This document shows positions 19,812 through 29,205 of a DNA stretch of 58,603 nucleotides, in pieces. Under the pieces are notes generated by a model, which saw only the letters and a program-made list of their open reading frames with translations, did no database searches and was not told the DNA's origin. Where the stretch lies: NCBI GenBank assembly GCA_048938025.1, contig JBHLMP010000017.1:1-58603 (forward strand), written 5' to 3'. The translations under genes were made by a program, and so were the position numbers. The stretch comes from Promethearchaeota archaeon. Its GTDB lineage: Archaea > Asgardarchaeota > Lokiarchaeia > Sigyniarchaeales > SOKP01. Position 1 is the stretch's first letter, and each line of letters begins with the position of its first letter.

Positions 19812-20543
19812 ATGAACAACAAAAAAATTAAGACTAAAATTTCGAGAAATATTTTAGAAATTGAAAAACTTTATAGGAGATTATTAAAGAAAAAAACTGT
19901 ACGAATTTGTATTTATATAGAATTTATAGCTTTTTATCCTGGATTAATTCTGGCAATTATGATTGCTAAAAATTATAGTCCAATTGGGTATAATTTATTT
20001 CAAAACTATATTAGTGATCTGGGTTCTGTATATTTTACTCCTGCGCCTTATATTTTTAATTCTATTGTTATAATAACTTCAGTGATTACAATCCCTATTT
20101 TTATGTATCTTGAGGAGGTTCTTTGCTCTACTCTCAATAAAAATATTAAAATTATTCTTTCGTCTAAATCAACGAAAATTATTACGAAAATAGGAAAAAT
20201 TACATTTTTATTAGGTTCTATGGGATTATTTGGTATAGGGATTTTCAATGAAGATTTTCCAATAAATCAAGTGCATATATTATTTGCAACTTTAGCGTTT
20301 GGAGGATTTACATTGGGTGGAGTTATAGCAGGATTCCTTATTATTATGAAAAAAACAATAATTCCCAAATTAATTGGATATTATATGACATTTTATTCTC
20401 TTGGGCTTATATTATTAAGATTATTTCATTTCCTTCCTTTAATTACACTTTCATTTATCGAGTGGTCTTGGTTTTTAGGGATATTGATATGGTTATTACC
20501 ATTAACGCTAACATTATTGAAGCATATAGATGTAAAATCCTAA
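19812..20543 (+). CDS. DUF998-like membrane protein
   Basis: GYNLFQNYISDLG, FN, GIGIF.ED, H..FA pattern and about five TM segments. Confidence 0.75.
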   Translation: MNNKKIKTKISRNILEIEKLYRRLLKKKTVRICIYIEFIAFYPGLILAIMIAKNYSPIGYNLFQNYISDLGSVYFTPAPYIFNSIVIITSVITIPIFMYLEEVLCSTLNKNIKIILSSKSTKIITKIGKITFLLGSMGLFGIGIFNEDFPINQVHILFATLAFGGFTLGGVIAGFLIIMKKTIIPKLIGYYMTFYSLGLILLRLFHFLPLITLSFIEWSWFLGILIWLLPLTLTLLKHIDVKS

Positions 20544-20546
20544 TTA

Positions 20547-20849
20547 TTAAATTTCTTGAAGAAATTTATTAAAAAGATCCTCTTTTAGTTTATCTTTTAA
20601 AAATTTGATTTCTTCAAATTTTAAATCAAGATTTTTGGTTGAACCTGCTTTTTCAGCTTCATTTTCATATATTATTATGATTTCTTGCTCAAGCTCATAT
20701 CTTTTTAACACTTGCTCATATGCACTAAGTGGATCTAATCCTTTATCAATTTCTTTTTGTATGTTATTAGACAATTTTTCTTTAAGTATTTTAATAGTAG
20801 ATTTTTCTATGTCTTTTCTGTTTTTTTTATTAAATTTGGAGATCTTCAA
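20547..20849 (-). CDS. Hypothetical charged helical protein
   Basis: 100-aa Lys/Glu-rich ORF preceded by AAGGTGA, directly after the MBL gene. Confidence 0.6.
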   Translation of the reverse strand: MKISKFNKKNRKDIEKSTIKILKEKLSNNIQKEIDKGLDPLSAYEQVLKRYELEQEIIIIYENEAEKAGSTKNLDLKFEEIKFLKDKLKEDLFNKFLQEI

Positions 20850-20881
20850 TCACCTTACTTCTATAATTATTTAACTATTAT

Positions 20882-21697
20882 TTATTCTCTTGATATAAAA
20901 TATCTGAATTTACCACTCTCATCATCAATTTGCCATGGTTCAAAGAAATCAAATACAATCTTTTTATCCCATAGATTCTCAATATTTTTAATACCATTAT
21001 AAAGATCTGTTAAAAGTGTCTTATCACATGGATAATTTCTATGTGAAGGATAAAGTTCAAGATTTTCTTGTTCTTCACACAACTTTATCAATTTAGAAAG
21101 AGTTTTAAGAACTTGAGGAAAATTTTCTTTTTTCGGTAAAAATTGATCTCCATAATATGCCACATCACTAGTAAACAGTTCATCTTTATTAGTAAGCAAA
21201 CAAATTGAACCAGGAGAATGTCCTGGACAATGAATAACTTCTACCTCAATATCACCTAAATCAAACTTATATCCATCTTTTAGTGATCTAATTTTTTTTG
21301 CTGGAGGGATTAAAAAATTCTGTTCTGCATATATTTTTACTATTTTATTAGGAGAATCCTTGAAGTACGAAACATCATATGGATTTGAAACAATAGCAGC
21401 TTCGTTTTCATGAACATATACTTCACCAAATTCCTCATTTCCTAAAATATGATCCCAATGAGTATGAGTATTGAATATTAATAGCTTTTTTTCACCTATA
21501 AGCGCATCAACTACTGGTTTGAGAGGATGTAATCCGCATCCCGTATCAAGTAAAAGAGCTGTATGAGTTCCTAGGAGTAAATACATATTAAGTGGATCAT
21601 TTGTATAAACTGGATGAACAGCAGAAATATTTTCTTTAATTACATATAAATAGTCTTTATGTTTTGAAATTTCGAAATGTTGGTTTTCATTGTTCAT
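20882..21697 (-). CDS. Metallo-beta-lactamase-fold hydrolase
   Basis: LDTG, THTHWDHILG (HxHxDH), PGHSPGS, LFTSD, PSH. Confidence 0.92.
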   Translation of the reverse strand: MNNENQHFEISKHKDYLYVIKENISAVHPVYTNDPLNMYLLLGTHTALLLDTGCGLHPLKPVVDALIGEKKLLIFNTHTHWDHILGNEEFGEVYVHENEAAIVSNPYDVSYFKDSPNKIVKIYAEQNFLIPPAKKIRSLKDGYKFDLGDIEVEVIHCPGHSPGSICLLTNKDELFTSDVAYYGDQFLPKKENFPQVLKTLSKLIKLCEEQENLELYPSHRNYPCDKTLLTDLYNGIKNIENLWDKKIVFDFFEPWQIDDESGKFRYFISRE

Positions 21698-22029
21698 ATC
21701 TTAAATAATGTTAATATTGGTTATAACTTTAATTTCTTGATCACTCATTAGAAAGTTGACATAATTGGAAACACTAAATAAAACTACATTAACTATTTCA
21801 TCGTAAAAAGATTATATAAAAAAACAAAGAAGCTTTAAACAAAAAAAGTATACAAGTGAATAATTATGGTTCTATAAAAAATAATAATTGTTTTGTAAAT
21901 GCTGAAATTAACTTAATTAATGTAGTTTATTATGCTGGGGTAAAAATTTAATAAAATATAATTATGATTATTAACTAATTTTTTAAAATAGATTATTTAT
22001 AAAACAGAAAATTATTTGTTGATTTTATT

Positions 22030-23187
22030 ATGGATTTCTCGTTAAACGAAAAACAAAAGATGTTGAAGAAAATTACGCGGGATTTTGCTGAGGAATATAT
22101 TGTACCTGTAGCGAAGGAAAGCGACGAAAAGCAAGAATTAGATTCAGCTACATTCAAAAAAATGCAAGAAATGAATTATTTTGGTGTTTGTCTACCAGAA
22201 GAATTTGGTGGAGCCGGACTTCATAATGATACAATAGGTTTTAGTATAGTTGTTGAAGAAATCTCGCGTGCGGATGCAGCTTGGGGAATCACCATTGCTG
22301 TGCATAATGGCGTTGTAGCTTATCCTCTTTATAAATTTGGGACTGAAGACCAAAAAAAAAATTATTTAGAAGATCTAGCAAAAGGTAACAAAGTAGGAGC
22401 TTTTTGTTTAACTGAACCAAATGCCGGTTCGGATGCGGGAGGAGTGCAATTAACAGCAGTTAAAGATGGAGATGAATACATTTTAAATGGGACAAAAATC
22501 TTCTCTACATCAGGAGGTATAGCTAAGACGTTGTTAGTTGTAGCAAAAACGGGAGAAAAAGATAGTAGGAGAGAATTAACAGTTTTTATTGTAGATGGTG
22601 ATACCCCTGGATATTCAGTTGGAGTAAAAGAAGATAAGTTAGGTGTTAGAGCCTCAAATACTTCAGAACTTGTATTCGAAGATGTTCGAGTATCTCAAGA
22701 GAATATTTTGGGAGGCATTGGAGAGGGTTTCAAAATGGCATTGAAAATTTTAGATTTCGGAAGAATAGGTATTGCCGCTCAGTGTGTGGGTTTAGGACAA
22801 GCAGCACTAGAAGCTTCAGTCAAATATTCAAATGAGAGAGTTCAGTTCGGACAACCTATAGGGAGATTTCAAGGAATACAATGGAAAATAGCGGATATGG
22901 CTTGTGCAGTGGAATCAGCTCGATTATTCACATATAAAGCAGCTTATTTACATGATATAGGAGAAGATTTTGTAATAGCTAGCTCAATGGCGAAATTAGT
23001 TGCCTCCGAAGCTGCAATGCTAGCTGCTCATGGTGCTGTTCAAATCCATGGAGGATATGGATTAATGAAAGCATATCCCGTAGAAAGATATTTCCGTGAC
23101 GCAAAGATGGGTGAAATCTATGAAGGAACAAGTGAAATTCAAAGATTAGTAATTGCACGCAATCTTTTAACAAAGGGAGTGAAATAA
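22030..23187 (+). CDS. Acyl-CoA dehydrogenase (short-chain/Bcd-like)
   Basis: GAFCLTEPNAGSD, LNGTKIF, RIGIAAQ, RVQFG, QIHGGYG, IYEGTSEIQ. Confidence 0.95.
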   Translation: MDFSLNEKQKMLKKITRDFAEEYIVPVAKESDEKQELDSATFKKMQEMNYFGVCLPEEFGGAGLHNDTIGFSIVVEEISRADAAWGITIAVHNGVVAYPLYKFGTEDQKKNYLEDLAKGNKVGAFCLTEPNAGSDAGGVQLTAVKDGDEYILNGTKIFSTSGGIAKTLLVVAKTGEKDSRRELTVFIVDGDTPGYSVGVKEDKLGVRASNTSELVFEDVRVSQENILGGIGEGFKMALKILDFGRIGIAAQCVGLGQAALEASVKYSNERVQFGQPIGRFQGIQWKIADMACAVESARLFTYKAAYLHDIGEDFVIASSMAKLVASEAAMLAAHGAVQIHGGYGLMKAYPVERYFRDAKMGEIYEGTSEIQRLVIARNLLTKGVK

Positions 23188-23336
23188 CAAAAAGACAATT
23201 AATATTTATGAAATAATTAAATAATTTCCTAATTTTTTATTTCGTTATCGTAAAATTTATTTTTCTAGTATTTTTTATTTGTTTCAAAAGAGAGTATTTG
23301 ATTGTCGAGTTAAGCTAATGAGGTAGTGATTTCGGA

Positions 23337-24143
23337 TTGAAAATTTTCGTGTGTATTAAACAAGTACCGGGGGTTTCAGAGTTAAAAATTGACCCAAATA
23401 CAAACACACTTGTAAGAGAAGGTGTTCTGTCAATTCTTAATCCGAATGATCGAAACGCTATTGAATTAGCTTTAATGCTTAAAAAAAATCAAGAAACAGA
23501 AGTTATAACTTTAAGTATGGGCCCTCCTCAAGCAGAAGAAGTATTACGCGAAGCTTTAGCAATGGGTGTAGATAAAGGGTTTTTATTAAGCGATAAAGCT
23601 TTTGCTGGGGCAGATACTTTAGCTACATCACATACTCTTGCTTTAGCAATTAAAAAAATATTAAAAGAATCTATTTCTGAAGAAAAATACCTTATAATTT
23701 GCGGTACGCAAGCCATAGATGGAGATACTGGACAGGTGCCTCCAGAATTAGCAGAAGAATTAGGAATTCCACAAATTACCTACGTTCAACAAGTTGAATT
23801 AAGTGAAGATAAAATTATTGTGGAGAGAAAATTTAGAGCAACAGAGATAGTGATTATTGAAACAAAATTACCAGCATTAATTTCAGTTTTAACCGATATA
23901 AATAAACCTAGATATCCGAATATGGTGGGAATTATGAAAGCTTATGAAAAATCAAGTGTTATACATTTAGATTCTACTGCTTTAAATGCAGATAAATCTA
24001 AAATTGGCTTAAAAGGCTCTATGACTGAAGTTAAGAATATTTTTATTCCTAAAAGAAAGGGAAAGCATATCATTTTAGAAGGTTCTTCTGAAGAAGTTGT
24101 TAAAAAATTATGTCAACATTTAAAAGAGGATAAAATTTGCTAA
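23337..24143 (+). CDS. etfB: Electron transfer flavoprotein beta subunit
   Basis: VCIKQVP, NPND, SMGPPQA, AGADTLAT, DGDTGQV, PRYP. Confidence 0.95.
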   Translation: MKIFVCIKQVPGVSELKIDPNTNTLVREGVLSILNPNDRNAIELALMLKKNQETEVITLSMGPPQAEEVLREALAMGVDKGFLLSDKAFAGADTLATSHTLALAIKKILKESISEEKYLIICGTQAIDGDTGQVPPELAEELGIPQITYVQQVELSEDKIIVERKFRATEIVIIETKLPALISVLTDINKPRYPNMVGIMKAYEKSSVIHLDSTALNADKSKIGLKGSMTEVKNIFIPKRKGKHIILEGSSEEVVKKLCQHLKEDKIC

Positions 24144-24156
24144 GAGGGCAATTTAT

Positions 24157-25356
24157 TTGAGCATACTAATTGATGATGATTTATGTACTGGTTGCGCTAG
24201 CTGTATGGATAGCTGTATCTATGAAGCTATTGAATTAAATAACAATATAGCAAAGATTCTACCAAATTGCACTCTATGCGGAGCATGTGTAGAAGCCTGC
24301 CCTGAAGGGGCAATTTCAATAGAACGGGGTGACATTAAAGCTCAAAAAATAGATATTTCCCAATACAAAGGAGTTTGGATTGTTGCAGAACATTATAAGA
24401 ATAAAATTCATAATGTTGCCTTCCAATTATTAGGGAAAGGCCGAGAATTGGCAGATTTATTACAAGTAAATTTAACATATGTAATATTAGGGGCTGATTT
24501 CGATGATAAATTAGAAGAATTTAGCCAATATGGAATGGATGAGATAATATATGTTAAATCACCAATATTAAAGGATTATTATTCAGATTTATACGTGAAA
24601 GTAATTACAGAATTAGTTTTAGAAAATAAACCAGAAATTATATTAATTGGAGCTACTCCTACGGGAAGAGATTTTGCTCCCAGAATAGCAAAAAGACTTA
24701 ATGCAGGCTTAACAGCAGACTGTACAGGATTAGAAATAAATCCTGAAACCAAAAATTTACTACAAACTCGTCCAACCTATGGCGGAAGTATTTTAGCAAC
24801 CATTCAAACACCTTTTAGTAGACCACAAATGGCAACTGTAAGACCTGGTATTTTTAAAATGCCAAATAAAATACAGAAAAAAGTAAAAATTAGGAAAATT
24901 AACTATCAGTTTAAAGAAAAAGACTCAGTTTCAAAAATAGTAAAAGTAATTAGTAAAACTAATAATGCTGTAAATCTTGAGGATGCTAAATTTATAGTGG
25001 CTGGAGGTCGTGGTGTCGGTTCCAAAGAAAATTTTCGAATTATACAAGAATTAGCTGATGTATTGAATGCTGAAGTAGGAGGATCGAGAATAACTGTTGA
25101 GTTAAATTGGATAGATCCAGATAGACAAATAGGTCAGACTGGTAAAACTGTGTCTCCAAAATTATATATTGCTTGTGGGATTTCTGGGGCGATTCAACAT
25201 ATTGTAGGCATGCAAAATTCTGATATTATTGTTGCAATAAATAAAGATCCAAATGCTCCAATCTTTAACTGGGCTCATTATGGTATTGTTGGGGATCTTC
25301 ATGAAATAATTCCAGTCCTTATTCAAGAATTTAAAAAATTAAAATCTGAAGAATAA
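24157..25356 (+). CDS. etfA: Electron transfer flavoprotein alpha subunit with N-terminal 2x[4Fe-4S] ferredoxin domain
   Basis: CTGCASCMDSC and CTLCGACVEACP, then GLTADCT, QIGQTGKTV, GISGAIQH, AINKD. Confidence 0.95.
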   Translation: MSILIDDDLCTGCASCMDSCIYEAIELNNNIAKILPNCTLCGACVEACPEGAISIERGDIKAQKIDISQYKGVWIVAEHYKNKIHNVAFQLLGKGRELADLLQVNLTYVILGADFDDKLEEFSQYGMDEIIYVKSPILKDYYSDLYVKVITELVLENKPEIILIGATPTGRDFAPRIAKRLNAGLTADCTGLEINPETKNLLQTRPTYGGSILATIQTPFSRPQMATVRPGIFKMPNKIQKKVKIRKINYQFKEKDSVSKIVKVISKTNNAVNLEDAKFIVAGGRGVGSKENFRIIQELADVLNAEVGGSRITVELNWIDPDRQIGQTGKTVSPKLYIACGISGAIQHIVGMQNSDIIVAINKDPNAPIFNWAHYGIVGDLHEIIPVLIQEFKKLKSEE

Positions 25357-26346
25357 ATCAAAAATTTTTTCTTTGATATTTAAACATTTATTTATCAACT
25401 AATTAAAATTGATTGTTAAGATAATCAACTTTAAAGTTAAAGCTGGAACTAAAAAGAGGGGAAAAAATAAGGAGTGTTAGAATGGATCTTACCAAAATTT
25501 TCGTGGAGGAATAATTATGGGCTAAAAAAGAAACATTCCACTCCTTAGAAAAAAATAATTTTTTCTAGTAATTAATTAGTTATCTAGACTATTAAATGTT
25601 TCGTAAAATTCTTAAAAATTATGAACGCTCTGTTCGATTATTCTGTAAATATAATTGCTATACCACTATTATGCGATTAAAAATTTTATATTTCTTTAAT
25701 ACATCCTTGGTTCAAAAATATAAGTCGAAAGAGTTCATAATTTTAATTAAAAAAAAAATTTTTCTGTAAAAATTATGGAAAAAAAAACATTTTTTTCTAA
25801 AAATATAATCCGAATTTGTACACAAATTTTTAATTTATAAGTTACCTATAGATACAAATTTAGATTTTATTAAGATCTTAATAAGCTTAAAATTACCTTA
25901 AAACACTCATAACTTTTAAGTATTTTAATTTTATAACGCAAATTATTAAATGTTTTTAGAAGATCTATTTTTGTTCATCAATGTTATACTGGGTTTATTT
26001 TTTAATAATTACTCTTACATTTCCTACAATAGCTATTAATACAAAATTATTCCATCCTATAAAGTTATGCTACATAAACTTTACTAATTTTAAATATAAA
26101 AGTTTGAGCTAAATTAATGTTTTACATAAAATCATAAATCTGGAATTATTTTTATCAAGATTTTGAATTTAGGTGTGTTGTTTTTATTAAATCAAATGAA
26201 TTAATTTTATAATTCTGCAAAAATCACAATGAAAAATAAAACATAATAAGATCAATTTTAAATTAAAAAAGACTATTTTATTTGTAATTCAAATATATTT
26301 TTTTAAAAATTTGATTTGGTTTATCCAAAAATAAAGAGGATTTAAT

Positions 26347-26868
26347 ATGTCAAGTGAAGAATCCAAAAATTCACATTATGCTCCCTTTGTGGGATTACTT
26401 GAGGATTATGTCGGTCGTTCACCCATAGATTTTTATAGTTGGGGTCATATTGATTTAGGAATTGGATCGTTTGCGATTCTTTCTTTAATGATTACTCTCT
26501 ATCAATATATCACGGATATCTCTTCGACATTAGGATGGTATTGGATATATTTAGGCGTTCTAATAGTTGCTATATTGTGGGAATTTTTTGAAAACGTTAT
26601 ATTATGGAGACTTGGATTAAAATACGAAAATAGAAAAGATACTTTTCTTAATGCTTTATTCGACATAATCTTTGTAATGCTGGGCGGGGGTATAATGTGG
26701 TTATTTAAATGGGTAATAGTTGATCTCATAGAAGAACGATTTAGATGGTTTTATTTGACGGCATTAATAGCTTTTATTGTTGTATTGATATGCTATTTCA
26801 TTGGTTTTTATATTACTAATGAAAATACAAAACAAGCACGAAAAGAACGTAGTCAATTAATAAGTTAA
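26347..26868 (+). CDS. Hypothetical membrane protein
   Basis: About four TM segments with D.YSWGH, LWEFFEN and N...DI, suggestive of an intramembrane metal site. GAGGA precedes the ATG. Confidence 0.75.
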   Translation: MSSEESKNSHYAPFVGLLEDYVGRSPIDFYSWGHIDLGIGSFAILSLMITLYQYITDISSTLGWYWIYLGVLIVAILWEFFENVILWRLGLKYENRKDTFLNALFDIIFVMLGGGIMWLFKWVIVDLIEERFRWFYLTALIAFIVVLICYFIGFYITNENTKQARKERSQLIS

Positions 26869-26916
26869 TCTTTCAATTTTTTTTATACTAATTTTTCTTT
26901 TTTTTTGAGAATACAG

Positions 26917-27726
26917 TCAAATAAGATCATAATTCTCTATTGCAAATAACGCTGCTCCTATAGCTCCAGTCAGTTGTGGGTATGGAGGGATTAAAAAATC
27001 AGCTTTTATTTCTCTTTTTAATATCTCCCCTATTATGCTATTGTGAGCTATAACTCCCCCCGTAAGAACTATAGTACCCTCTAGTTCTATCATCTCAATG
27101 ATTCTCCTTATAACAGATTCAAATGCGCTTTTCACTAAATCTTCCACTTTTTCTCCTTCTTTAATACGAGTAAGAATTTCTGTTTTAGCAAAAACAGTGC
27201 AAAAACTTCCAAGAGGAACATTCATAGTAGACTTGCTTGCAATATTATTCATCTCATTTAGAGGAATATCTAGTCGATTTGCGATCTCCTCAATAAATAC
27301 GCCTGTTCCTGCTGCACATTTTCTATTCATTTTGAATCTAATAATTTTTCCTTTATCGTCTAGTTTAATAACCTTAGTATCTTGCCCTCCTATATCTATA
27401 ATTGTAATCTTTTTGGGGAAGTAGTGATAGGCACCTTTTGCATGACAACTAATTTCAGTTTTCTTAAAATTAGCGAAAGAAATTTTATCCTTCCCAAATC
27501 CTGTCGACGTTATATACTTAATTTCAGATCTAGATAATGAAGCGTTTGAAATGGCGTTTTCAAAGGCAATTTTACTTGATTGCTCAACCCTTGCGCCAGT
27601 TCGTTTAATGAAGGAACCTAAAATCTCTTTAGATTCATTTAAAATTACAGCTTTTACATATGACGTCCCAACATCAATACCTATAAAATATAATTCGTCA
27701 GACATAATTGTATAATCATTGATCAA
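26917..27726 (-). CDS. ASKHA-type ATP-dependent activase of 2-hydroxyacyl-CoA dehydratase (HgdC/HadI-like); start possibly ATG 27705
   Basis: GIDVGTS, TGFG, TEISCHA, DIGGQDTK, MNRKCAAGTG, CTVFA, TGG, GAIGAA. Confidence 0.9.
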   Translation of the reverse strand: MINDYTIMSDELYFIGIDVGTSYVKAVILNESKEILGSFIKRTGARVEQSSKIAFENAISNASLSRSEIKYITSTGFGKDKISFANFKKTEISCHAKGAYHYFPKKITIIDIGGQDTKVIKLDDKGKIIRFKMNRKCAAGTGVFIEEIANRLDIPLNEMNNIASKSTMNVPLGSFCTVFAKTEILTRIKEGEKVEDLVKSAFESVIRRIIEMIELEGTIVLTGGVIAHNSIIGEILKREIKADFLIPPYPQLTGAIGAALFAIENYDLI

Positions 27727-28667
27727 CGTTTAACAGAGGGTTGTTCACACCCTCTAATTAAGGAAACAAATATTTTGTTATAAAGTGTTGGTATTTCTTC
27801 TATTTTTCCATATTCCACTATTTTTCCATTTAGAAATTCAATTTCTGATGGATTTCCTGCTTCAATATCAGCTTGCATTGAAACTCTATGGTGGCCTGCT
27901 TTGTCCAGATAATTCATGCAGGAATCTAAAAAGGATGGCTCAAAATTAATACCACGTGCTCGAGCGACTTCGATTCCCTCACGCAAGATTTCTCTACAAA
28001 GATTCCTTGTATCCTGGAACTCCATTGCTTGTTTCATTGTCATCCCTGTTGTAACACAAACAGGACTTATCGCGTTAAGTATACATTTTATCCATTCATA
28101 CTTTTTTATATCTGGAGTAAATACAGTTTCTAATCCAGAAGTAGTGATAATTTCTGCTAACTTTTTAGCCTTTTCTTCAGCAGTTGCTGTTAATATGCCT
28201 AAATAATTAGGAGGATTGAAGAATGACATTCTTATAATTCCATTATCTATTAAATTTCCAGCATAATTAACAACAATACGCATAGAATTCTCTTTTCCAA
28301 CATATTCAGCAATAAGATCCTCCGTATCAAAACCATTCTGTAAACTAATTAAAGTAGTGTTGGATTTAATAACATTTTTAATTTGTGGTAAAATTTCTTC
28401 AAGATGAGATGCTTTTACAGCAATAAATAAAGTATCCACTTGTTTATTTTGAAGTTCATCTATTGAATAACAGATATTTTTTTTTGCGAATTGAGCAATA
28501 AATTCTTTAAGATTTGTTATCTTTAGTCCATTCTTTTTTATTTTATCCATGTGACTTTTAAATATGTCAATAAGGACTACATTATGGCCTGCTTGAGCTA
28601 GATGGGCTGCCAAAATCCCTCCTGTTGGTCCTACTCCAAGAATTCCAATTTTAAATTTTTCAACCAT
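27723..28667 (-). CDS. Ketopantoate reductase (PanE/ApbA) family oxidoreductase
   Basis: GVGPTGG Rossmann motif, AVKA, LQNGF, W.KC..NA, SMQAD....SEIEFLNG. Confidence 0.88.
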   Translation of the reverse strand: MVEKFKIGILGVGPTGGILAAHLAQAGHNVVLIDIFKSHMDKIKKNGLKITNLKEFIAQFAKKNICYSIDELQNKQVDTLFIAVKASHLEEILPQIKNVIKSNTTLISLQNGFDTEDLIAEYVGKENSMRIVVNYAGNLIDNGIIRMSFFNPPNYLGILTATAEEKAKKLAEIITTSGLETVFTPDIKKYEWIKCILNAISPVCVTTGMTMKQAMEFQDTRNLCREILREGIEVARARGINFEPSFLDSCMNYLDKAGHHRVSMQADIEAGNPSEIEFLNGKIVEYGKIEEIPTLYNKIFVSLIRGCEQPSVKR

Positions 28668-28700
28668 ATTTAAACCTCTTTAAATTTACATAAAATTTCT

Positions 28701-29189
28701 TTATATTGATACCTCTAGCAACTTTTTCATTAAATCTGAGAATTTTTCTGCCGCTATTCTTCTTTTCCTTAAATTAATTGAATTTGCATCAATAAATTGC
28801 AGAGCACCAGGGATACAGTACTTCACACATAAGGGATCACCACCACAAAGGTCACATTTTAAAATCTTTCTATTCTTGTCTATCCCAACTCCACCGAGCG
28901 GACAGAACATTACACACAATTTACACCCTACACATAAATCATGATTAATAAGCATAGCTCCTGTCTTCTCATCTCTGCTCACAGCATGCATAGGACAAAC
29001 AGTCTCACAAATAGGAGTTTCGCATTGCTGACAAACCATTGGAATATAGAGTCCTGCATTTTCCCATTTTACAATATGAATTCTTGCCCGAGAAGGATTA
29101 CAAACTTTCTCATGATAGATCGAACATACATTCTCACAAAGTCTACATCCTGTGCATTTTTCTGGATCAACAAATAATATTTTTTGCAT
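28701..29189 (-). CDS. 4Fe-4S dicluster protein (AorA/DmsB-like electron-transfer subunit of AOR)
   Basis: Start moved to ATG 29189 (MQKILFVDPEKCTGCRLCENVC). Four Cys clusters including CQQCETPICETVCP and KCDLCGGDPLCVKYC. Confidence 0.9.
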   Translation of the reverse strand: MQKILFVDPEKCTGCRLCENVCSIYHEKVCNPSRARIHIVKWENAGLYIPMVCQQCETPICETVCPMHAVSRDEKTGAMLINHDLCVGCKLCVMFCPLGGVGIDKNRKILKCDLCGGDPLCVKYCIPGALQFIDANSINLRKRRIAAEKFSDLMKKLLEVSI

Positions 29190-29205
29190 TCTAAAAGCCT
29201 CGATT

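Noticed and set aside
25488-25536. Minus-strand MFLF-TAG-PIIIPPRKFW as amber readthrough (pyrrolysine)
   Set aside because: Too short to support, and no pyl genes are in the window. It is kept only as part of the structured-element finding.
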